Shown here piece after piece: positions 7,331 to 14,123 of a stretch of 14,123 nucleotides of DNA (position 1 is the stretch's first letter; each line of letters starts with the position of its first letter). A program made the position numbers and the translations under genes. The stretch covers positions 1 to 14,123 of the forward strand of contig DASSXV010000081.1 of NCBI GenBank assembly GCA_035703635.1, read 5' to 3'. Under the pieces are notes generated by a model that had not been told where the DNA came from, ran no database searches, and saw nothing but the letters and a program-made list of their open reading frames with translations. The DNA is from Trueperaceae bacterium (GTDB lineage Bacteria; Deinococcota; Deinococci; Deinococcales; Trueperaceae).

Positions 7331-9859
7331 ATGGACCCGAGCCCGCCGGCATTGAGCGATCTGCCATTGACGGAGCTCGTCGGAACGCTCGAGCACTACG
7401 CGGTTTTCACGATCGACAAGGCCGGCATCATCCTCTCGTGGAACGCGGGCGTGCGCCGCCTGCTTGGGTACGAGGCGCACGAGTTCATCGGGCAGCACGT
7501 CGAGATAATCTTCACGCTCGAGGGTAGGGCGTACCACGCGGTCGAGAGCGAGATGCGCCGGGCGCGCGTGACGAGCGACGCGAAAGATGACCGCTGGCAC
7601 CTGCGCAAGGACGGGTCGCGCATCTGGGTGAACGGCATCATGCATGCCGTGCGCGACGAGTCTGGCGAGCTCCTCGGCTACCTCAAGATCATGCGCGACC
7701 GCACCTCACAGCTTCACTCGCAGAAGCTCCTCGAGGAGAGCGAGGAGCGCTTCCAGACGGCGTTCAAGGCCAACCCAGTACCCACCGCCATCCTCAGGCG
7801 GCCAGACGGCTGGATCGTCGAGGTCAACGCCGCCTTCACGCGTGCCTTCCGGCTCGAGAGGCATGGGGCGATCGGCCGGACGGTGGCGGACATCGACATC
7901 GTGCCAGCCGGTGAGCAGTTGGCTAGGATCCTCTCTGGCGTGGAGCACGGAGACAGGTTGAGCTTTGAGGCGCCGTTCTGCCGGGCCGGCGCCGCACCGG
8001 GGTACGGCGTCTTCACGCTCGCGCCGATCGACCTGGGCGGCGACCCTCACATGCTCCTGCTGCTCCAGGACATCACTGAGCTGCACGCTGCCAACGAGGC
8101 GCTCGAGCGGCAGGCGCAGGAGGAGTCGGCGTTGGCGCAGATCTCGTCAGCCACCATCGCGGGCATCGAGCTGCCCGCCATCCTCGAGCTGGCGGTGCGC
8201 AGCGTGGCGGCAACGCTGCCAGCTGACTCCGTCAGGATCCTGGAGGCGCGCGAAGGCGGTGGGGTAGACGTGCGGGCCGAGTACCCAACCGCCGCGACGC
8301 CCGCCCCCGCACTCCCGTTCCCATTGCGCGACGACCTGCCGCAGGACGGGGGCGGCAGGCTGACGCAGGGTGAGCTGGCGTCGTCCGGCTTCGCCAGCGG
8401 GATCTACTACCCCATCCGTGGCTACAAGCACTCCTATGGCGTGATCACGGCGCTGGCCGTGCGCTCGGCCGCCTTCACCGGCCCCGACGAGCGCCTGTTG
8501 CAGTCGGTGGCCCTGCTGCTCGCTGGCGCCATCGAGCAGCAGCGGCTCAACCACGAGCTGGCATACAGGGCCGAGCACGACGACCTCACGGGCCTGCCGA
8601 CGAGGACGATGTTCGAGCGTCACTTGCACGCGGTGCTCGAGCAGGCCAAGCGGCGCGAGACCATGCTGGCCGTCTTGTTCCTCGACCTGGACCGCTTCAA
8701 GCTGATCAACGACTCGCTCGGCCACCAGGCGGGTGACGAGGTCTTGAGGAGCGTGGCCAAGCGCGTGGTTGGGACGCTGCGTCCACAGGACATGGTGGCG
8801 CGGCACGGCGGCGACGAGTTCGTCATGCTGCTGCCGGAGGTCGAGTCCGGGACGGAGGTCGCTCACATCGCCGCGCGCCTGGTGAAGACGTTCGGTCCGC
8901 CCTTCGCCGTCGGCGGCCATGAGCTGAAGGTCTCCACTACCATCGGCATCGCCACCTACCCAGACGACGGCCAAGACGCGGAGACCTTGCTGCGGGCGGC
9001 AGATACGGCCCTCTACGAGGGCAAGTCGCGGGGTAGGAGCAGCTTCCGGTTCTTCACGAAGGAGCAGGGCAAGCGCGTAACCGAGCGCCTCGAGCTCGAG
9101 GCCGACCTGCGCCGCGCGCTGGAGGCCGGGTCTTTCGATCTCGTCTTCCAACCGCGCATCGACTTGGCGCGTGGCAGGCCCACCTCCGTGGAGGCCCTGG
9201 TCAGGTGGCAGCACCCCACGGCCGGACCTTTGCTACCCGGCGCGTTCATGCCGGTCGCGGCGGCCATCGGCCTCTCCGTCCCGCTCGGAGAGCTGGTGCT
9301 GCGCAAGGCGTTCGCCCAGTACGCTGCGTGGCGGGGCCAACCGGACGCGCCGCAGCGCGTCGCCGTGAACGTCGCGGCCCTGCACGTGATGCAGCCCGCG
9401 TTTCCCGAGGTCCTCGCCGACCTGTTCCGCGAGGCGGGCATCGGGCCGTCCGAGGTGGAGGTCGAGATCCCAGCGGACGCGTTGCTGCGAGACGAGGAGA
9501 TGATTGCCGCCAACCTGCACGGCCTGCGCGAGCTGGGCGTGCGCTCGCTTGTCAGCGGCTTCGGCACGAACGCGGCACCGTTGGCGCGGCTGCGGTCGCT
9601 GCCCATCGCCGGGATCAAGGTCGACGCCGTCTTCACGGCCCAGCTTGGCGAGCCGCCCGGTAGGCAGTTGGTAGAGGCCTTCGTGCATCTGGCCAAGAGC
9701 CTCGAGGTCGAGGCCATCGCCGAGGCGGTCGAGTCGCGAGTTCAGGACGAGGCCGTTCGCGAACTGGGCTTCGGTGCCGCCCAGGGCAACTGGTACTCGC
9801 CCCCGCTGGAAGCGGCGCGGCTGCTTGACTACTTCGCGGCGAGCGCAGGCAAGGGGTGA
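7331..9859 (+). CDS. PAS-PAS-GAF-GGDEF-EAL(degenerate) signalling protein, likely a diguanylate cyclase
   Basis: PAS/PAC (SWNAGVRRLLGY...RKDGSRIWV...KIMRD), second PAS (EVNAAF...LLQDITE), GAF-like segment, then HDDLTGLPTR, DLDRFKLINDSLGHQAGD and RPQD-x5-GGDEF. The EAL domain keeps VEALVRW but has SGFGTNAAP in place of DDFGTGYSS. Confidence 0.93.
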   Translation: MDPSPPALSDLPLTELVGTLEHYAVFTIDKAGIILSWNAGVRRLLGYEAHEFIGQHVEIIFTLEGRAYHAVESEMRRARVTSDAKDDRWHLRKDGSRIWVNGIMHAVRDESGELLGYLKIMRDRTSQLHSQKLLEESEERFQTAFKANPVPTAILRRPDGWIVEVNAAFTRAFRLERHGAIGRTVADIDIVPAGEQLARILSGVEHGDRLSFEAPFCRAGAAPGYGVFTLAPIDLGGDPHMLLLLQDITELHAANEALERQAQEESALAQISSATIAGIELPAILELAVRSVAATLPADSVRILEAREGGGVDVRAEYPTAATPAPALPFPLRDDLPQDGGGRLTQGELASSGFASGIYYPIRGYKHSYGVITALAVRSAAFTGPDERLLQSVALLLAGAIEQQRLNHELAYRAEHDDLTGLPTRTMFERHLHAVLEQAKRRETMLAVLFLDLDRFKLINDSLGHQAGDEVLRSVAKRVVGTLRPQDMVARHGGDEFVMLLPEVESGTEVAHIAARLVKTFGPPFAVGGHELKVSTTIGIATYPDDGQDAETLLRAADTALYEGKSRGRSSFRFFTKEQGKRVTERLELEADLRRALEAGSFDLVFQPRIDLARGRPTSVEALVRWQHPTAGPLLPGAFMPVAAAIGLSVPLGELVLRKAFAQYAAWRGQPDAPQRVAVNVAALHVMQPAFPEVLADLFREAGIGPSEVEVEIPADALLRDEEMIAANLHGLRELGVRSLVSGFGTNAAPLARLRSLPIAGIKVDAVFTAQLGEPPGRQLVEAFVHLAKSLEVEAIAEAVESRVQDEAVRELGFGAAQGNWYSPPLEAARLLDYFAASAGKG

Positions 9860-10261
9860 CCATGGCGGACCGCGGAACTCGATGGCGCGTCCGTGCAGGC
9901 TCTCTAGGTGATCTGACGCGAACGCAAGAGGCGCCACCAGCACCTGCTTGCGGTCCCTGGCGCTAAGTTCCTCCGCGCACCGACGTGGTTCTTTGCGAGT
10001 GACGTCGCACCGCAGAACGCATGCGCGTGCGCCTCTGCCCCTGGCAAAACCCTCTCGCTGCGTGACTGTTCAAATGCCTCGATGAGGGACGCGTGAGAGT
10101 GTAGAGTCACGTATAGCGCAGAAGAAGACCGCCAGTGGGGAATCGAAGTAGGAACTCGATGGAAGTAGCTATCGGTTCTGGGTCAGACATTGGCCCAATG
10201 GGGTGTTCCTGCGCCATAGCCCGTTGCGCAATCAAGGCGCAGGGCATCGGGAGGTCGAATA

Positions 10262-11695
10262 ATGAGGTTCCGTTTCAGAGCCCGCTTCATGCCACTGGTC
10301 ACGCTGGCCATATTGGGCCTACTCCTGGCGGCCTGTAGCAATCAACCTGCTGCCGTGCAAGCCGTCCCCGTCGAGACTGCCGCCGTAAGTGGCCCGCAGA
10401 CCGACTTCCTCATCGTTGCCAAGGGGAACCTCAAGAAGGGTCTCGAGGCCGTTGCGGCCGCCAACGGCGACTCGCTGCGCGTCATCTCTCAAGGCGCTGG
10501 ACTTGCGGCGGTGACTACCGCTAACCCCGATGCCTACGCTAAGTTCGGCAGCGTAGTACGCGACGTGCGCGTGCAGTGGCTCGAACCGGTAGAGAACGTC
10601 GCCCTCGAGATCGACGCTGGCAGCCCGCCGTTCAGCGATTCCACTGACACCTACTTCAACCTGCAGTGGGGCCACACGGCCGTCGGCGCAGTTGAGGCCT
10701 GGGACGCCGGCGTTCGTGGCGCCGGTGTCACGGTGGCGGTTCTCGACACCGGTTTCGACACGGATCACCCAGATTTGGCTCCGAACATCTCGCCGTTGAG
10801 CGTCGACTTCACGGGTGAAGGTCTCACTTACACCCTCACCGACACATTCAGCCACGGCACGCATACCGCAGGTACGATCGGTGCGGCAGAGAACGGCCGC
10901 GGGACCATCGGGATTGCACCTGACGTTAGCCTCTTGCTCGTCAAGGTACTCGGCGACGAGGGCAGCGGCACCTTCGAGGACGTCATGAGCGGCATCATCT
11001 ACGCCGCAGACAACGGCGCGGACATCATCAACATGAGCCTAGGCGCGCTGTTCTACAAGGCGGGGTTCTGGGACGACTTGGGCACCGAAGATCCGGCCGA
11101 CGACGAGTGGGTGAGCGCCCGCGACGTCGCCGAACTCAAGAACGCCATGGCTGCGGCCGTCAGGTACGCCACCCAGAAGGGCGTGTTGGTAGTGGCTTCG
11201 GCCGGCAACAGCGCTATCAACTTCGATGGCGCTGGCGCCCTCATCACGCTGCCCGGCAGCGCTCCTGGTGTGATCACGGTCGGCGCTAGTGCGCCGACGG
11301 GCTGGATCCCGCAACTAATAGCTGGTCAGGAGCCGAAGTTCGACGTTCTGGCGTCGTACTCGAACTACGGGCGCTCGCACCTCGACTTCACCGCCCCCGG
11401 TGGCGATACCGCCTACCCCGGCAACGAGCTGTGCCGCGTGGTCGTTACCCAGTACTGCTACGTGCTGGACTTAGTCTTCTCCACCGGCAATGGCGGCTAC
11501 TACTGGTCCGGCGGCACCAGCATGGCTGCTCCGCACGTGGCTGGGGTAGCCGCCCTGATCCTGTCCGAGTACGGCGGTTCCGGTAGCCTAAAGCTCGCTC
11601 AGCTCGAGGCGCAGCTCCGGTCGCGTGCTCTCGACGTTGGCCAGCCTGGCAACGACGCCGAGTTCGGCAAGGGGATGATCCACACCGGTTACTGA
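10262..11695 (+). CDS. S8 family serine peptidase (subtilase), lipoprotein
   Basis: Lipobox LLAAC and a propeptide. Catalytic triad VLDTG (Asp), HGTHTAG (His), GTSMAAPHVAG (Ser); oxyanion motif SAGN. SD GGGAGG at 10249-10254. Confidence 0.96.
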   Translation: MRFRFRARFMPLVTLAILGLLLAACSNQPAAVQAVPVETAAVSGPQTDFLIVAKGNLKKGLEAVAAANGDSLRVISQGAGLAAVTTANPDAYAKFGSVVRDVRVQWLEPVENVALEIDAGSPPFSDSTDTYFNLQWGHTAVGAVEAWDAGVRGAGVTVAVLDTGFDTDHPDLAPNISPLSVDFTGEGLTYTLTDTFSHGTHTAGTIGAAENGRGTIGIAPDVSLLLVKVLGDEGSGTFEDVMSGIIYAADNGADIINMSLGALFYKAGFWDDLGTEDPADDEWVSARDVAELKNAMAAAVRYATQKGVLVVASAGNSAINFDGAGALITLPGSAPGVITVGASAPTGWIPQLIAGQEPKFDVLASYSNYGRSHLDFTAPGGDTAYPGNELCRVVVTQYCYVLDLVFSTGNGGYYWSGGTSMAAPHVAGVAALILSEYGGSGSLKLAQLEAQLRSRALDVGQPGNDAEFGKGMIHTGY

Positions 11696-11746
11696 GTAGG
11701 TGCACGAGTGTCTGGCATCACGTATGCCTGACGCCGGGCGTTGGAT

Positions 11747-11779
11747 GGGGCCAGGGTCGTCTTAAGCGACCCTGGCCCC
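11747..11779. terminator. Probable bidirectional terminator hairpin between convergent genes
   Basis: Perfect 13-bp stem GGGGCCAGGGTCG/CGACCCTGGCCCC with 7-nt loop TCTTAAG. U-tract is weak. Confidence 0.7.
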
Positions 11780-11809
11780 CTTGATGTGAGCCGCGGCCTC
11801 AGAACGAGT

Positions 11810-12784
11810 TCACTTCTTCCTCGAGGATGCAAGATGCCGCTTGGGCCCCGCTTGCGCCTCGTCAAGCAGCCGCTTGGCGGCCTCGGCAGCGTCCTCCAGG
11901 CCGCTAGGCAGAACGTGCCCATAGCGCTTCAGGGCCGCGGCCGCTGGCCCGCCGAAAGCGACCTGCACCCCACTCGCCGCCGCCCGCAGGGCCTTGGCTA
12001 CGGTGGCGGCCGCGGCGGAATCCTCCTCCATGACCACTCCGATTACCGCCATCCGCGCCCCGTTGCTCGAAACGGCCTCGACCCAGTCGGCGGCGGGAAG
12101 ATCGCTTCCTACGTAGATTGTCTTCACGCCGAGCCGGCGGAGAGCCACGCCGAAGGCCAGCGCCCCCAACTCGTGGCGCGCGCCGGGCGGCAGGCCCACC
12201 ACTACGTCGGCCCGCGCTGTGTCGCGGGACGCGGCGTCGTAGCGCTGCCCTAGCCAACGGAGGATCGCGGCGCTGGCCACATGCTCCCCTGCCACCGACA
12301 CCTCGCCCGCAGCCCAGGCGTCGCCGACGGCCCGCAGTGCAGGGAAGAGCCTGGTCTCGACCGCCACCTCGAACCGGCCGGCGGCGGCAAAGTCGTGCAA
12401 CAGATCGGACAGCGTCGCGGCGTCCAGACGGGCAGCGGCGTCCACGAACCGCGCCTGGAGCTTCCCACTAGCTTCGGAGGCCGGGGTCGCATTAACGCCG
12501 TCAGGTGTTGCGGCCGCGGCCTCCGCAGCGCCTCGAGGTGCCGAGTTGTCCGCGGGTCGTCGCCCTTCCGCTGCCGTCAACACGTGGCCGGCGGCCTCAC
12601 GCGCGCGCCAGCCGCTGTCGATGAGCTCGCGCATTGCTTCTAACTGCGCGATGTCTGCTTCGCTGTATAGCCGGTAACCAGAGGGCGAGCGTTGCGGCTG
12701 CACCACGCCGTAGCGCTTCTCCCACGCCCTCAGAAGGTCGGGGGTGAGTCCCACGCGGTCGGCTGCCTCCCTGATCGTGAACAT
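11810..12784 (-). CDS. carH: MerR-family, B12-binding light-responsive repressor (CarH/LitR type), 324 aa
   Basis: True start is probably ATG 12784 (MFTIREAADRVG). MerR HTH with LRAWEKRYG and GYRLYS; W-x9-EH motif (WAAGEVSVAGEH); cobalamin-binding GARHELG...YVGSDLP. Confidence 0.88.
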   Translation of the reverse strand: MFTIREAADRVGLTPDLLRAWEKRYGVVQPQRSPSGYRLYSEADIAQLEAMRELIDSGWRAREAAGHVLTAAEGRRPADNSAPRGAAEAAAATPDGVNATPASEASGKLQARFVDAAARLDAATLSDLLHDFAAAGRFEVAVETRLFPALRAVGDAWAAGEVSVAGEHVASAAILRWLGQRYDAASRDTARADVVVGLPPGARHELGALAFGVALRRLGVKTIYVGSDLPAADWVEAVSSNGARMAVIGVVMEEDSAAAATVAKALRAAASGVQVAFGGPAAAALKRYGHVLPSGLEDAAEAAKRLLDEAQAGPKRHLASSRKK

Positions 12785-12791
12785 CAAGCCC

Positions 12792-12820
12792 AGTATAGAG
12801 GTTAGACAGAGGCTTGACAA
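12792..12820 (-). promoter_or_regulatory. carH promoter: -35 TTGTCA (12820-12815), N17, -10 TATACT (12797-12792), leaderless
   Basis: Good hexamers with 17-nt spacing. The -10 ends 7 nt before the ATG and there is no SD. Confidence 0.75.
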
Positions 12821-12861
12821 GCAACGAGCGCAACGAGTAGACTCTGGACAAACCTTGAACA
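12798..12861 (+). promoter_or_regulatory. Putative CarH operator: two pairs of tandem 11-bp direct repeats ending TnnACA
   Basis: GAGGTTAGACA (12798-12808) GAGGCTTGACA (12809-12819), then GACTCTGGACA (12840-12850) AACCTTGAACA (12851-12861). Matches the 11-bp TnnACA repeats known for CarH operators. Confidence 0.75.
12814..12843 (+). promoter_or_regulatory. Divergent promoter: -35 TTGACA (12814-12819), N18, -10 TAGACT (12838-12843)
   Basis: Perfect -35 consensus that overlaps the opposite-strand -35. Lies upstream of the DUF378-like gene. Confidence 0.75.
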
Positions 12862-12905
12862 AGGGTTCTGGGTTTCAAAGCTTGATGGTACGGAAGGGAA
12901 CACAC

Positions 12906-13121
12906 ATGCGCACTCTCAAGTCCATCTCAATGATCCTCGTAATCGTCGGAGCCCTCAACTGGCTACTGGTCGGCCTCTTCGGCTTCGACCTGGTGGCCGC
13001 CGTGACCGGCAACTCGTTCGGCGAGAAGAACGCTCTGTCGTCGATCATCTACGTTCTCGTCGGCTTGGCAGGGCTCGTAGTACTGCCGTCGGTGTTTGCC
13101 ACAAAGGAACCGGTCTCGTAA
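12906..13121 (+). CDS. DUF378 (YuzA-like) small membrane protein, 71 aa
   Basis: ATG 12906 after purine-rich GGAAGGGAA. Family-like pattern ILVIVGALNWLLVGLFGFDLVA...IIYVLVGLAGL with two hydrophobic segments. Confidence 0.85.
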   Translation: MRTLKSISMILVIVGALNWLLVGLFGFDLVAAVTGNSFGEKNALSSIIYVLVGLAGLVVLPSVFATKEPVS

Positions 13122-13202
13122 GCTAGCCCGCGCTTGCGAGCACGAGTAGCAGTAACGCCACGTACCTGAGCCGTACTTACGGAAGAAAGAGTGGAATCGA
13201 AC

Positions 13203-14123
13203 ATGCGTAAGGTCCGCGGCTTGGTGCCGCTCGTGCTCGCACTGATCTGGGTCGCCCTCACCGGCTTGGGCGGCCCTTACTTCGGCCGACTGTCGGATGT
13301 CATCGAGCAGTCGAGGACCAGCTTCCTGCCGGCCAGTGCCGAATCGACTCGAGTGAGCGAGATCTTGGCGGCCTCCGCCCAGGCCGACAACCCGCCGGCC
13401 ATCCTCCTGTATCACGCGCCTGGCGGCTTCGACTCCGCCAAGCGCGCAGGAGTAGAGGCCCAGTTCGCCGAGATCACGGCCTTGAGCGGGGTCGGTCAGT
13501 CATCGCCCCTCCTGCCTTCGCGCGACACCTCCGCCAACGGCGATCCGTTGGCGCTGCAGGCGTTCGTACTGATCGAGGGCGATCCACGCGAGGCCGTTCA
13601 AGAGATGCGGACCATCACCGCCCAGCCGCCCGCTGGGGTGGAGGCCTACGTAACCGGCCCGGCCGGGCTCGTCGCAGACCTCTCGGGCGCGTTCGCCGGC
13701 ATCGACGGGCTGCTACTCGCCGTCGCCGTGATAGCCGTCCTGATCATCCTGTTCATCGTCTATCGCAGTCCGATCCTCCCTCTCATCGTGCTGCTCAGCG
13801 CCGTCGCCGCGTTGGCCTCGTCGATCGTCGCCGTGTATTACATGGCCGCCGCTGGCTGGATAAAGCTGGACGCGCAGGCGCAGGGCATCCTGTTCATCCT
13901 GGTGATCGGGGCGGCCACCGATTACGCGCTGCTGCTGGTGTCGCGCTTCCGCGAAGCGCTGCACGATGAGGAGGACCACCGCAAGGCGCTCGTGACCGCG
14001 TGGCGCGCCACCTTCGAACCGGTGCTGGCCTCCGGCGGCACCGTCATCGTGGGGCTCCTGTGCCTGCTGTTCTCCGACCTCAACTCCAACAAGGCCGTCG
14101 GGCCGGTGGCGGCGTCGGGCATC
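13203..14123 (+). CDS. MMPL family (RND) transporter; 3' end lies outside the window
   Basis: Not in the ORF track; open frame translated by hand from ATG 13203: MRKVRGLVPLVLALIW...FLPASAES...YVTGPAGLVADL...IVYRSPILPL...VIGAATDYALLLVSRFREAL...PVLASGGTVIVGLLCL. The TM4 GxxxDY motif is typical of MMPL proteins. Confidence 0.92.
   Translation, partial: MRKVRGLVPLVLALIWVALTGLGGPYFGRLSDVIEQSRTSFLPASAESTRVSEILAASAQADNPPAILLYHAPGGFDSAKRAGVEAQFAEITALSGVGQSSPLLPSRDTSANGDPLALQAFVLIEGDPREAVQEMRTITAQPPAGVEAYVTGPAGLVADLSGAFAGIDGLLLAVAVIAVLIILFIVYRSPILPLIVLLSAVAALASSIVAVYYMAAAGWIKLDAQAQGILFILVIGAATDYALLLVSRFREALHDEEDHRKALVTAWRATFEPVLASGGTVIVGLLCLLFSDLNSNKAVGPVAASGI

Noticed and set aside
6730-9943. ORFs 6730-7527 +, 8147-9214 -, 9013-9717 -, 9233-9943 -
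   Set aside because: They overlap the well-supported cupin and GGDEF-EAL genes and have shadow-like composition.
9904-10338. Short ORFs 9904-10110 (-) and 10135-10338 (+)
   Set aside because: Non-ATG starts, atypical codon usage and no motifs; the second overlaps the protease start.
10262-11695. Subtilase as a LanP-type RiPP leader peptidase
   Set aside because: No precursor peptide, modification enzyme or dedicated exporter is adjacent in the window.
12744-12905. ORF-track N-terminal extensions of CarH (to 12862) and DUF378 (from 12744)
   Set aside because: They run through the promoter/operator region; family-like sequence begins at ATG 12784 and ATG 12906.
1-14123. CRISPR arrays, IS elements, tRNA/rRNA, defence genes
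   Set aside because: No regularly spaced repeats, transposase/integrase motifs or structural-RNA signatures were seen.

Overview
GC-rich bacterial window, probably Deinococcota (Truepera/Deinococcus-like). This taxon is inferred from gene style and from several TANNNT -10 boxes sitting 5-7 nt before start codons. Contents, left to right: (1) a minus-strand FbpABC/AfuABC-type ABC importer operon (binding protein, fused permease, ATPase cut by the window edge); (2) an orphan protein that looks like a double hot-dog dehydratase; (3) a membrane-anchored SGDEF-EAL protein; (4) a cupin; (5) a PAS-PAS-GAF-GGDEF protein with a degenerate EAL domain; (6) a lipoprotein subtilase; (7) a CarH/LitR-type B12 photoreceptor-repressor transcribed divergently from a DUF378-like small membrane protein and an MMPL/RND transporter (cut by the window edge). 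Two candidates stand out. First, a probable light-controlled CarH -> DUF378-MMPL unit whose overlapping divergent promoters and 11-bp operator-like repeats can be read directly from the sequence. Second, a stand-alone hot-dog enzyme whose putative catalytic His/Glu pair is in the reverse domain order to PKS dehydratases, lying tail-to-tail with a c-di-GMP sensor. No mobile elements, CRISPR arrays, rRNA or tRNA genes were seen. All family assignments are by eye from motifs; no searches were run.
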